DNA of 64,000 nucleotides from Eledone cirrhosa (Eukaryota): NCBI GenBank assembly GCA_964016885.1, contig OZ024746.1, positions 76,198,001 to 76,262,000 of the forward strand, read 5' to 3'. Shown piece by piece: positions 36,372 to 48,710 of this stretch (position 1 is its first letter; each line of letters starts with the position of its first letter). The notes under the pieces were generated by a model. It saw only the letters and a program-made list of their open reading frames with translations, ran no database searches and was not told where the DNA came from. The position numbers and the translations under genes were made by a program.

Positions 36372-39300
36372 GTGGGTATACTATAACGTTTAATTTCAGA
36401 TTTATATCCTTACATAAACTAGTATGATATATAATTTATATTCTAATATTTAGATTTGTCATAGAATGTATAATATCTATGCTAAGAGACTAAAAGTTAT
36501 ATTGTTTATTAACTTTAATGCAATGGCTCTCAGAGACCCAAGTCAAATTGCTCCCTTTCCCATTTTGAATTATTATCTAGTAATTTTTCATCCAAACATC
36601 ATATTAACATGAGCAAGCTTTACAAACCTCAATAATTTGGTTTAAGATAGATTTTGTTTTTCGCAAACTGTTAATTCATCATCGCCATTATAGTTGGGAA
36701 TATTGGTATTTCCCTTGATATATATATACATTGTACACTATTCTTTCCCAGTTTGGATTCCTTGCCAATTCATTGTTTTGCTAAAATTCCTTCTCTGAGA
36801 TTTGAAATTTCTACTCTGAAACAAAGTGCCCACAATTTTAGAATGACAGCTTTAATATATCTGGCACTTGTAGAACTCTACAAAGTATCCTCACTGAAAA
36901 ATATAGTCTAAGTTTATATACTAATTTGGGTTAATAATATTGATTAAATTTACTATTTATTTCTTTATGCAATTGATAACCCTCTAAAAAAAAATGGGAA
37001 TAGTTTTCAAATTCATGGTAGATCCTCTGTCGGTTTCAATGATGAATTTCCTTAGTCTTGAAATTAATGTGCAAACGGTTGAGTATTCCAGAGACATGTG
37101 TACCCTTAATGTAATTTTCAGGTTGAATCAGTATGACTCTGTGTCACTAGGTTGGGCCTTTGAATTATAGATATAATTACATCTGACAAGTTTTCATACA
37201 GATTCTGTCACCCCAATTTCACTCACAATGTTTGGGTCAACCCATGGCTTTGGTAAAGACACTTACTTACCGAAGATATAATGCAGAGAAGGAAGGAAGA
37301 ATTGACCATGAAAAGATGAAAGGCAAACTTGACTTAGAGCAGTATTTGATATCTGAGTGCAGGAAGCTGGATCAAATACTGCATCACAATCTATTCAATG
37401 CTGTAATGACCCTCTTAATTCACTGACTACAGTTTTCAAATAGAATCTAGTTGATTCAAACTTTTTATGTATTTCTTAGTATTTTCAAGTTGTTTTAAAG
37501 AGAACTGAATGCATAAAATGATTAACAAAATATTTTTCTTTTACTTTCTTTCAGCATCTGCATCGTACTCTGCTACGATGGAGCAACTCATGTCTGCAGG
37601 TATGTTGTTCTAAGATGTATCGTTGTATAAAAATTATTATTTGTTTACATTACATTTAAAATGTTAAGTTTGCTATTAAATAATATATGAGGAATGATGA
37701 ACTTGAAACCACATAGTTGCGAAGCAAACTCCTTAACACAGCAATGCCCATGCCCCCCACCCCACCCCCAAAACCTACTGCATAAATTCTTATTCCATTT
37801 TGTTATTACAACAAACTCTGACATAAGTGTTGTAACATATGTCTAACTGTTTTTATACCAAACCATCTGAAACCACTCCTAATTCTGCTTGTTTTAACCC
37901 TTTAGCATTTAAGCCAGCTGTACCTGGCCAGAATTTTCTAACCTCTTTCTGTTCAAACAGGCCATAATTGGTCACTCATACCAATAAATAATATCAAAAT
38001 CTCATAGATTCAATATTATGTGAGATAATTATGTGACATAAAGCCTTTACTCTGAAAATACAATAGCAAATATAGGGTAATGTAAATGCTAAAAGGTTAA
38101 GGTGTTTATATTTGTTTAAAAACCTTTCATCATAATGATTAGAAAATAATAGGCAGTGTCTTTCATTAGGAATATGGCCATGAAAAGGTTAACACAAATT
38201 CTACATTTATAAGATTTCTTTCTTTTACTACTTAGATGCTGAACCACAAGTTGCTGTTGCTGCTGTCCTAGAAGGAGCAAGCACAGTTTTGGGAATTATC
38301 AATGAAGGTAGAGAGTTCTTTAAAAACATTGTAACAGAAGATTTCATGAAAACTAAAGTAATTCCTTATCACTGTGACTTGGCTCCAAGTCTGGGTAAAC
38401 TGACAGTAGATGTCTTTAAAACCATGGATGATACTTTACAGGTAAATAAAGAATTTCATTTGATCTGCAGTATGTTGTACATATAATCAGGGTTGGCACC
38501 TAGGTATTTAGTGGCTTAGGCTAACTTTACAATGTATGCTCCCTTTTCCCAATTTCTCAATTGTGAACCATATCCTCCCAAATAAAATAATTTCTACTTA
38601 CAGTTTGGTAAACTGATAAATCTAGTTTTTGACACACTAAGAAAATTATTAAGCCTTGGACATCCCCTGGTCTATTGTCCTCTCCTTCAGTACAATTCTG
38701 AGCATTGGCTCCCTACTATATTATTATTATTATTATTATTATTACGGGAGGCAATGACTGGCTGCACAAGGGGTAAATCGCCTGGTTTGGATGGTCTGCC
38801 CTATGAACTTTACGTACAGATGCCAGACTTGCTCGGAGGCCTCTTGGCGGACGTCTACTGCAACTGGCAACAGAACGGGAGAATTCCCAGTTCTGTGAGC
38901 CGAGGAGCGGTGGCACTGCTGAGAAAGGATCCGAACAAGGGGGATAACATAGACAATTTCCGGCCCATAACTCTGCTAAACACAGAGTTTAAGATTTTGG
39001 CCAAGGTGCTAGCAAAGAGGTTGGCGCTTGTCGTTGGTGGTCTGGTGGGAGAGGCGCAGACATGCGCCATTCCCGACAGATCCATCCACGACAACCTCCA
39101 CCTCATGCGATACATCGTAGAGAGGGTAGCTAGGGAACCTGGCACGGGTGGGTCCTTGATCAATTTAGATCAGTCGAAAGCTTTCGATAGGGTCGACCAT
39201 CGTTACCTAGCGGCAGTCCTGAGGGCGGCTGGCTTTGGGCCCGTCTTCAGAGGCTGGATCGCTGCCATGCACAGCGACATCTGCTCTGTGGTGAGAGTGA

Positions 39301-41088
39301 ACGGTCACCTGTCGGAACCGTTCAACATCATGCGCTCGGTCCGCCAAGGATGTCCCCTCTCGTCCCTCTTGTACGTATTGACTCTCGAGCCATTACTGCA
39401 CAAACTGGAGACGTTGAGGGGAGTCCCGCGCGAACTAGGATGCGGAAGATCCGTGTCAGCATATGCGGACGATGTCACCGTAGTGGTGTCGAACGCCAAA
39501 CACATCGAGGCGATCGGCACTACACTAAGAGAATACGAAGCGGTGACAGGAGCAATGATCAACCAGGAAAAGTCAGTGGGCCTGCAGCTCGGCACCTGGA
39601 GAGGCAGGTCCATGCCGTCCAACAGCGTCGTCGGGCGCTGGACGGACGGACCGGTTAAATTGCTAGGGGTCTGGTTCGGTCCGGACCTCCAGACGGACAA
39701 AAACTGGGACGAGGTGACGAGCAGGGTGGCTTCTCTCACCCAGAAATGGGCGGAGAGGAAGCTATCCCTGAAAGGTCGAGCGGAGGTGGCTAACGCGTAC
39801 ATCGCGTCTGTCATCTGCTACCGCCTAACCGTCGTACCTTGTCCTAAGCCTCGCCTGACTGCGCTGGAGCGTTTGCTCTTTCGCTTTTTGTGGAAGGGAC
39901 GTGCTCCGATGGTCAGGCGGTCCATCTGTTGTCAACAACCGCTATGTAGAGGGCTGGGCATGCCGTGGCTGATGATGCGCAGGCACGCGCTCAGGCTACG
40001 ACATCTCCACCTCTTCCTCGACGGTGATCAGGTGTGGTCGCCGTTTGCTAGACGCGTTTTTCCCCAGCTCGTTTCCTTGACGGAGCTGCAGTCCTGGGTC
40101 AAGCGAAGACCGAGAGGGAGCGCCTGGAGACTGGAATTTCTTCAGGCGCTCACAGCCCTCGACCAATCGGGCAATGTGATCGGTGGAAACTCCACCTCGG
40201 CGTTCTATAGAGGATTAGTGGAGGGGAAGAGCGACGACGTACTTGGGGAAACTCTAGGCGTCGACGAAAATCAACTAGCCAATCTCTTCGGAAGAACTTT
40301 CGGGCCAGGGCCTATGGACAACTTCCAGAAATCTCTGGCCTGGCAGTGCTACCGAGGAGCCTTGCCAGTTCGGGATAAACTCTACAGGCATGGAGGTGCC
40401 GTCAGCCGGGCATGTCCGAGATGCGCGCAGGGCGACGAAACCGTCCTGCACGCACTCGTCCAGTGTCCGAAAATTGCTGACTTGTGGGTTTATGTCGAAC
40501 ACCTGCTGTCGCGTTTAGGACGGATCCAGCTATCATCTGAGTCTATCGTGAGGATTGCCCCGCCCTCCTCCTTTAGCCGGGAAGGGCAGGCAGTTTTTAT
40601 CTGTCTGGTGGCCATGGCGAAAGAGATAGTATGGTGGACACGTTTGAAAGGGCTGAAGACGAGCACTTACCTCTTCGGTGATGCTCTGATTGACTTTTTC
40701 AAATTTCATTTGAAAAGGAAAATCAGAGTAGAGAAGGAAGTGCTCTCTTCCCAGCATTTTGTTGAAAGATGGGTGAGAGAAGCAAGAATGGCCCGAGTGA
40801 ATGGGCCGACTCTGAGTATATATCTGTAAACTAAAGGTGGAAAACTGGGAGAGGGCACTTGCCTTGGTGGTCAGGGTCATTGTGGCTTTTTACTGGGCTT
40901 TCTCCACAAATGTCCCTCCGAAGTCTCCCCCCTATTGGGGAATTTTTCATTGTTATTTTCATTGTTATTTTTGTTACATCCTCTGTTTTTGTTTTTTACA
41001 CGCAGAAATGCCCATTTGTACCGTCCTGCATTGTCCTGCACTGTCCTTAATGTCTACTTTATGTAAACCCTTGTGGTTAATAAAGAAA

Positions 41089-41145
<57 letters not shown>

Positions 41146-41822
41146 TCTTGCCTTCCGTATAGATTGCCGGTTGGTAGATTTTGACATCAAATCTTTGAGT
41201 AAAAAAGTGCATTTTATACTCCCCAAAATAGGGTACAAATCTTATTGAGGCCAGATGAATGAAAAACAATTATTGATTGCCATCATAATTTGTTACATTG
41301 TTTAGGTAAAATCGTATGGCCTAGTAGTTAGGCTGTTGGATTCATGGTCATAGGGCAGTGGGTATGATTCCTGGACCAGGTACTGCATTGTGTTCTTGAG
41401 AAAGACACTTCATTTTACAGTGTTTTTCATGACCTGAGAAAACTTCTTTAGGATACAACTCCATAGGAGGCCATCTAAACTTACATAGGTCTGTGCTATG
41501 GATTAAAAAAACAATTGATTTCATTTCGTTTCATTTAGATCATGATTGCTACAACGAAGGTTATACTGGAAAAGTTAATCAAAAAGGAAGGCAGTGAAAA
41601 TCTGAAATTCGAGGATTATTTGTCTGCTATGTTGCAAAATCATTTTGTTGAGAAAAGACCAAATGGTTACATTTTTAGGGATAAATATAAGGAATTTCAA
41701 TATAAAGGACTTTCTGATGGACGAACTCGGGAACATGTGGTAAGATTCATTTAAAGAACTTGAAAACCTATTTTCTTCTTGGACGTGTATGCACTATATA
41801 ATATCAGAGATGAATAAAGTAA

Positions 41823-41908
<86 letters not shown>

Positions 41909-41981
41909 ACACATATATAAACGAGTTTAAATAGGTTGATTGTACAACCATATATAGGCAAAGAATCCTTGCTAATCTTTA

Positions 41982-42020
<39 letters not shown>

Positions 42021-44756
42021 AAGATAGACGTTAAACGATGATGATGATGATGATGATCATCATCATCATCATCATCGTTTAACGTCTATCTTCCATGATA
42101 GCATGGGTTTAGATGGGATGATATATATATATGTATATAGCTGTAAATGTTTCTGGTAGTGTACAGAACTATATAATAACAAAGTATCATTATCAGAAGT
42201 AATAAAACACTGTGTACCACTTGAATAAAGAATATAATAATAAACATTGTTTATAATTTGAATCTAGTTATTTCGTCTATCACAACTCTGATCAAAATAT
42301 AAAGTTGCTAGTTGTTAAAAGGATAGTCCTTTCTCTTCCTGCTATTGCAAGTGTTAAACTAATATATTTCTTCCAAGTACTGTGCCGTTTGTTTTGTTAA
42401 TTTGTTATTACTTTTACATGGAGGCACATGGCTTAGTGGTTAGAGCATTGACCTTGCAATCGAAAGGTTGTGAGTTCAATTCTCAGACCGGGTGATGTGT
42501 TGTTTCCTTGAGCAAGACACTTTATTTCACATTGCTCCAGTTTACTCAGCTGTAGAAATGAGATGATAGGGACTGGGGTCCTTATCATTCCACTGCAAAG
42601 TGGTCGTGGAGGTGCCACGACAAAAAAGCACCCAGCACTCACTGTAAATGAGGTTGGTGTTAGGAAGGGCATCCAGCTGTAGAAATCAAGCCAGAGTCAG
42701 TTCCTGTCTCACCCTTGCAAGCAGGGAAAAGCGGACGTAAAATGATGATGATGATGATGATGATGATATATATATATATATACACATATACATATATATA
42801 TATGTATGTGTACATGTATATGTATGAGTGTGTATATATATATATATGTATGTATATATATATATATTTCTAGGAAAACTGTTTATAGATAGAAAATAAT
42901 GAATTATTTTAATAATTAAATTAAAAAAAGAAAATAATTCTATGTTGATATAGGCAATGCAAGTTGAATCCTGGTTCAAGGGAGAGTTAATCAATGACAC
43001 AGATGTTTCTCAATCAACCAAAATCGAATTAGATGATTTCAAAAATGTTGTATCTGCTACTGGTGTCGCTGTTAAAAGTTTTGCAACACTGTTCTATGCT
43101 AATAAAAAAGTAACACGTAATGTAGTAGATGTTGGAATTCTGAGGTATCCTGATCCAGAAAAGCCCTATTTTAAGGTATTTATGTTTTATTATTGAAAGT
43201 CATACTCTATTCATATTGGCATTAGTAATTCAGGGTGTTTCTAATTTCATATTTCTGATCAACACTTGACAGATATTGAATTTTGAATGAAATCCAGTAG
43301 AATCAAATTCATAATAGAAATCCTAGCGTCATTCGGTTAATGGCTGATTGTTATAGAAGATTTAAGATCAATAGGCTAGGATCCAAGCTACTATTCTAAC
43401 ATGAATACACAATTTTATTTTTTCTATTTGAAATAGTACTGTAAAGTAAAACAAAAAGCATTTTCTGTTGTTGTTTTAACCCTTTAACATTTAGAATACT
43501 CTATATTTACTATTAAATTTTCATGGTAAAGGCTTTACTTCACATAATTATCTCACATAATATCGAATCTATAAGATTTTGATATTATTTATTTTGAGAA
43601 CAATACCTTAACATCAGTATGAACAGTCAGTTATGGCTAATTTGGACAGAAAGAGGTGAGAGAATTCTGGCTGGATATGGCAGGTTTAAATGAATTACCA
43701 TTCATTAATTATTTCTAGATTATATTTTTGAGATATGGAGGCACATGGCTTAGTGGTTAGAGCATTGGCCTTGCAATCAAAAAGGTTGTGAGTTCAATTC
43801 TCAGACCGGGTGATGTGTTGTTTCCTTGAGCAAGACACTTTATTTCACATTGCTCCAGTTTACTCAGCTGTAGAAATGAGATGATAGGGACTGGGGTCCA
43901 TATCATTCCACTGCAAAGTGGTCGTGGAGGTGCCACGGCAAAAAAGCACCCAGCACTCACTGTAAATGAGGTTGGTGTTAGGAAGGGCATCCAGCTGTAG
44001 AAATCAAGCCAGAATCAGTTCCCATCCCACCCTTGCAAGCAGGGAAAAAGTGGACGTAAAATGAAATGATGATGATGATGATGATGATATATGAATATGT
44101 TTTGTTGAAGTTTAACTCTTTTGATTCCAAACCATCTGAAACCACACCAGATTTATGATACAAAACTGCTTATTTTAGAATGTTTAACCTTATATTAAAA
44201 TCTTTTATTAGAATTATATTTTAGAAATTTTTGTTAAGTAATGTTCTAAATATCAGCTAAGTAATGAAGGCATGCGCATTTAATTACATACTATAACAAA
44301 GAATGCTGGTGTTGCCTTCTAAAATGATTGAGGCAACCCCTAACACTCACAGCATTAGCACAAGTCATAATGAGACAAAGGTACTGAAATGAATTGTGAA
44401 TTTATTCCTTGTCATAAGAAAGTTCATATTTGGTTACCATTATCCTCATATTTTCACTGAATAATAAATAAGTCTTTACTATCATGTCTCCTTTCCCTTA
44501 TTATGCTTCATAACTTGCGTGTATTTTTTGTGTAACTCATTAATATTATACTGTTATCTCATTGCAGTTATACCGTATCCAACTGTACGCCTTCAGTGAT
44601 AGCAGGCGTTACTTGATGTATGAGGAAACCAGAAGTGGAGTTGGTGGAACTTTCCATATGCAAGAATTCGTTCCAAGAGCTGGTGTTATCGAATCAATCA
44701 ATCCTGGTTTTTTCAAAAACTTTGTTGATTCTGCAATGAATTCTTTAATGGAGTAA
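36299..44756 (+). CDS. Gene B: secreted uncharacterised 311-aa paralog of gene A, 6 coding exons: 36299-36371, 37555-37599, 38236-38441, 41539-41739, 42954-43175, 44568-44756
   Basis: GT..AG introns with the same phases and exon lengths as gene A. Spliced ORF is open: MASTMQFAGIFAFLCAVMCLQTLYA-SASYSATMEQLMSA-DAEPQVAVAAVLEGASTVLGIINEGREFFKNI...IMIATTKVILEKL...AMQVESWFKGELINDTDV...VDVGILRYPDPEKPYFK-LYRIQLYAFSDSRRYLMYEETRSGVGGTF...SAMNSLME*. Confidence 0.9.
37555..37599 (+). CDS. Gene B exon 2 (45 nt)
   Basis: tttcag|CATCTG...GCAG|gtatg. Confidence 0.85.
37894..38100. mobile_element. TTAA-flanked MITE (piggyBac-like termini)
   Basis: TTAACCCTTTAGCATTTA...TAAATGCTAAAAGGTTAA; related copies at about 43476-43695 and 59447-59676. 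Confidence 0.6.
38236..38441 (+). CDS. Gene B exon 3
   Basis: tag|ATGCTGAACCACAA...CAG|gtaaat; IPYHCDLAPSLGKL. Confidence 0.9.
38744..41090 (+). mobile_element. 5'-truncated Tx1/L1-clade LINE in gene B intron 3, inserted in (TTA)n
   Basis: GC-rich island with an uninterrupted 691-aa ORF; 3' UTR with AATAAA at about 41079; (ATT)n on both sides. Confidence 0.92.
38754..40829 (+). CDS. LINE ORF2 reverse transcriptase plus C-terminal zinc-finger region (endonuclease truncated)
   Basis: GKSPGLDGLP, FRPITLLNTEFKILAK, LDQSKAFDRVDH, SVRQGCPLS, YADD, CPRC..ETVLHALVQC. Confidence 0.9.
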   Translation: MTGCTRGKSPGLDGLPYELYVQMPDLLGGLLADVYCNWQQNGRIPSSVSRGAVALLRKDPNKGDNIDNFRPITLLNTEFKILAKVLAKRLALVVGGLVGEAQTCAIPDRSIHDNLHLMRYIVERVAREPGTGGSLINLDQSKAFDRVDHRYLAAVLRAAGFGPVFRGWIAAMHSDICSVVRVNGHLSEPFNIMRSVRQGCPLSSLLYVLTLEPLLHKLETLRGVPRELGCGRSVSAYADDVTVVVSNAKHIEAIGTTLREYEAVTGAMINQEKSVGLQLGTWRGRSMPSNSVVGRWTDGPVKLLGVWFGPDLQTDKNWDEVTSRVASLTQKWAERKLSLKGRAEVANAYIASVICYRLTVVPCPKPRLTALERLLFRFLWKGRAPMVRRSICCQQPLCRGLGMPWLMMRRHALRLRHLHLFLDGDQVWSPFARRVFPQLVSLTELQSWVKRRPRGSAWRLEFLQALTALDQSGNVIGGNSTSAFYRGLVEGKSDDVLGETLGVDENQLANLFGRTFGPGPMDNFQKSLAWQCYRGALPVRDKLYRHGGAVSRACPRCAQGDETVLHALVQCPKIADLWVYVEHLLSRLGRIQLSSESIVRIAPPSSFSREGQAVFICLVAMAKEIVWWTRLKGLKTSTYLFGDALIDFFKFHLKRKIRVEKEVLSSQHFVERWVREARMARVNGPTLSIYL
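41539..41739 (+). CDS. Gene B exon 4
   Basis: tag|ATCATGATT...GTG|gtaaga; YKGLSDGRT. Confidence 0.9.
42418..42766 (+). mobile_element. SINE with tRNA-derived head and RTE-derived 3' tail ending in (GAT)n
   Basis: A and B boxes, core, then GGTTGGTGTTAGGAAGGGCATCCAGCTGTAGAAA and a (GAT)n tail; near-identical copy at 43735-44090. Confidence 0.75.
42954..43175 (+). CDS. Gene B exon 5
   Basis: tag|GCAATG...AAG|gtattt; 47/74 residues identical to gene A exon 5 by hand count. Confidence 0.9.
43735..44090 (+). mobile_element. Second copy of the SINE with RTE tail (gene B intron 5)
   Basis: Near-identical to 42418-42766. Confidence 0.75.
44568..44756 (+). CDS. Gene B exon 6 (terminal)
   Basis: cag|TTATACCGT...TAA; 34/62 residues identical to gene A exon 6 by hand count. 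Confidence 0.9.
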   Translation, partial: LYRIQLYAFSDSRRYLMYEETRSGVGGTFHMQEFVPRAGVIESINPGFFKNFVDSAMNSLME

Positions 44757-47349
44757 ATTTATGTACAACTAAATTCCTTGTGTGTTATTGTCATCAATTA
44801 TTTCATAAATGTGATATAGAGAAAGATTTTCCTCAGTATTATGGCTTTTCAAAATTATTCATATAGACACCCTAGGAATGAATAACATTAGCTTAGTGGT
44901 CCACAGAGGATGAATTTACTAATTTGCATTTATCAACCTTTTTATAATGGGAAAAGAAAAAACACTGGATCATGTAGAATAGCTGCAGATATTGTACACC
45001 TAGCAAAATGCTAACTGGTAGCTTACTGATTCTTTACTCATGTAAGATGTATTAAACACTTGTAAATTAGTTATGTTTTGTTATTTTATATTTGATTAAT
45101 CTATTTACAGGGTGAATAGAAATTAAATGAATAGGGGGTTCATCAAGTAAAACTTTTGAGAAGCCCTGCTGTATATTTTGCTGACTTTCATTTATTTTAA
45201 ATGTATAATATTTAATTATCTAATCTTCTTAAAGTCATTTAAATATAATTTTAAATAATATGATTTATGGGAGTGAGACATGGGTGAGGAACATGGGGCA
45301 ACAGAGAATGGAGAGAAGAATGGTTCAATGGATGAGAAGTGTATCACTCAGAGAGAGAGAGGAAGACAAACAATGAATTGCAGAGGATGGTGGAAATAGA
45401 ACCAGTGATGAATATTGTGAAGAAAAATGGAATGAAATGGTTGGGTTATGTGTTGATGAAGGATGACAATGTCTCAGTGTGAGGAGTGATGGGAATAGAG
45501 CTAGCGATAAAAGTTGTGAGGAGAAATGGTATGAGATAGTTGGGTCATAGGTTGAGGAAGAATGAAAGTTGGTGTGCAGAGTTGCAGATGATAGAGCAAA
45601 ATGGAGTAGTTTGTCATGGGTCCTGTAGCAAGGAAAATGACCTTAAAACGTTGTTGTTTGAGTATGACTCAAATATCATTCCAGAATCAGTTAAAGCAAA
45701 CATATACTACCACAAACATCTTATACTGCTATAAAAATTTATTCAATCATAGGGTATGTTCAACACCATTCTAATACATTTTTCTTGAGCACAATAATTA
45801 CATAATTTCTATATCTGTATAATATATATATATCTGTACATCGAAGTTATCTAATGAAACCTTTGCTCAAATCCTCATAGCCTAATACACAATACATAAG
45901 TTCAAGGCTAGTGCTATCATTAAAACGTGCTAGGCTGCTACCCAGCTGCAGTATTCGATTTTAGAAGTTTATTTTGTTTACCATGTGTGTTGTGCACAAG
46001 AAAGATATTCTTTCGAAATTTACAAAATATTTTCACTGGAAAAGGTATTAAACAACTAATTCCTTCCTCTTGTGATTTAATATCAAAATGCCCCAGCATG
46101 ACCTTCTGTGTCTTCAGGGTTGGCACTACCATTAAGGTCAACAAGACAACCACATCCACCTAGGGCACAGACCTCAGAGAGGAGCATTGTTGAGCTTTAT
46201 GTGAATTTGTATGATTAAATTAGATATATGATAATTTCTTGGAATCAATAAATAAATTGATAAACACTTTTGTTGTGGAAATATCCAAAGTGGTGGAGAG
46301 GGTCGTAGGCCAGTCATCTTATTTGTCGTGGATCAGTGTGAACTGTATAATGAAAAATGCAGGCTTAGTAATTTCTCTTAGTGTGGTCAAAACAAGGTGT
46401 CTCACAAGCTAGGTTTGTCGGCTTACGAAATTATAAATTGAAATTATTTTATTTGGGAAAATAAGGCACATAGCTGTTAGAATGAATCACATATTGTAGA
46501 ACTAGCCTTGAATATTAAATATCTAGGTAGTACTAGCTCCACATACCATGGAATACAATGCATAAGTTACTTTAGAAAACTTCAATAGCGAGGTTTTCTC
46601 TCCTTGAAACACAAAAATAACGCTGTAAAAATTTGTTTGTATCACCCCCAAAATCATACAATAGGGATCGTGGAGTTGTTCTTAGGTGGGAGGAGGGGCT
46701 CACATAAATATGTGTGCACACATACAGACACAAGTGAGTCTACTGACCTCTCAGATGGGCTAGGGGCCTGTGTCTCACTTACCTACAGTCCTGCAGTCTA
46801 CTGAGTGCATTTTATCATGATATCAGCAGTAGAGAGGTTGTCACGTTTTTGACACAACTGCTCTTCTTTTCACTAACCACTTTACATTGTATACTGGGTG
46901 TGTTTATAATATAGACCATCAACACTAGGGAGATTATCATGTAAATAAAGGGTCCCCCGACTTTTTTTCTGTGGCTGGATACCCTTCTATCACCAACCAC
47001 TTTATAACATGTACTGGGTGCATTTTTACTATGCTAGTACCATAATAAAACTTACTAAACATGTGGTCAAGTGAATTCTTCAGTCATATCAAAAACCTGA
47101 CAACCTCCATAGTGCTGGTGCCATGATAAAATGTACCTAGTACACTCTGTAGAGTGTCGGATTGTATATAAGTGAGATGCAGCCTCCCTCCCAGTCTTAG
47201 ACGTCAGTAGCCCTGACTAAGTACAGACTTCGTCTGTGATGATTCATCAAACTCTTGCTAGCAGGAAAACACATGTTAGATGGTGATGATGATAATGATG
47301 ATGATGTTGATAATGATAATGATGATGATGTTGATAATATATATGTATA

Positions 47350-48710
47350 TATTCTAGCACAGCTAATTAGGGAAATAGTCAAATTAGAAGAAAAGCAGTT
47401 CAGATTTATGCCTGGGAAAAGTACTACAGTTGCCCTCTTCTTAATGAGACAACTACAAGAGAAGTTCTTAGTCAAGAATAAGCTGCTATATCTAACTTTT
47501 GTTGATCTAGATTAGGCCTTTGATAGAGTACCCCGTTTTGTTATTTGGTGGTCCTTAAGAAAATTAGATGTAGAAAAATGGCTTGTAAAGGCATGTACAG
47601 AGGAGCTGTCTGTAAAGTGAGAGTAGGAAAGGAGTTTTGTGAGGGATTCAATGTGCAGGTAGGAGTTCATCAGGATTTGGTTCTCAGCCTTCTGCTGTTC
47701 TTCATAGTTCTCCAGGCCATAACAGAGGAGTTTCAAATTAGCTGTCCATGGGAATTTCTCTATGCAGATAACCTGGTCTTTATAGCTAAATCCATAAAAT
47801 AACTAAAGAATAAGTTCTGACTAGGGAAACAGAATTTGGAATCAAAAGATCTGAGAATAAACTTAGCCAAAACTAAAGTTCAAGTAAGTAGTAAAGAAGA
47901 TAGGACCCTGATTCTTTCAGTGACTCTGCTCAATATGTTGAAAAGGAGTAGGCATAAATTCCATATAATGTACACAATGTAAATCTTGCGTACATAAAAG
48001 ATGTAGTGGAATAACAAGTAGACTAACAGGAAAGGAAGACTTTGTATGTAAAAGATGAACAGGAGTAATCAAGGAGAAGAATGTCAGTGATATAAACTAT
48101 TTCAAGTTACAGGAAGGATCCATAGAAATGATTGATAGCTTCTGCTATTTAGGAGACTTAATTAGCACTGGAGGAGAGTGATCTGAGAGCATAATAGCTA
48201 GAATAAGAGTTGGATAGAAGAAGTTTAGAGAGCTACTCCCACCACTGACAATGAAAGGTTTCTCCTTCCGTACAAAAGGACGCCTGTATGACATCTGTGT
48301 GTGAAGTGCAAAGTTGCATGGTAGTGAAACATGGGCAGTGACTGCATTGAATGTGCAATGTAAATGTGAGAGAAAGGCAAAGCCTGGATGAGTTGAGAAA
48401 AAAACTGAATTTAAGAAGAATTTGAAGTGGAATGCAAGAGAGAAGATGGTGTTGGTGTGGACATGTGATATGCATGGAAAAGGATCGCTGGGTGAAGAAG
48501 TACCAGGAAATACCAATGGTAAGAAGCCGCAGTAGAGGTAGACCAAGGAAGACCTGGGTGGCGATGGTGAGAGCTAATCTCAAATTGCTGAGACTCACAG
48601 AAATGATGAAGGAACATGATGAGTGAAGAGATTCTATACTAAAAAAGACCCATCCAACCCATGCAAGTGTAGAAAAATGGACGTAAAAACGGTGATGATG
48701 ATGATGATAT
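47350..48710 (+). mobile_element. Degenerate RTE-clade LINE 3' half
   Basis: QFRFMPGKSTT, VGVHQDLVLS, FLYADNLV, GRPRKTW; stops; (GAT)n tail. Confidence 0.85.

Noticed and set aside
38855-40880. Overlapping alternative-frame and antisense ORFs within the LINE
   Set aside because: Expected by-products of GC-rich RT coding sequence
14954-44756. Calling genes A/B actinoporins or a known cephalotoxin
   Set aside because: Only the N-terminal helix of B resembles actinoporins. The aromatic phosphocholine-binding motif (W-x2-P-Y/F-D) is absent and the size differs, so no gene symbol is assigned.
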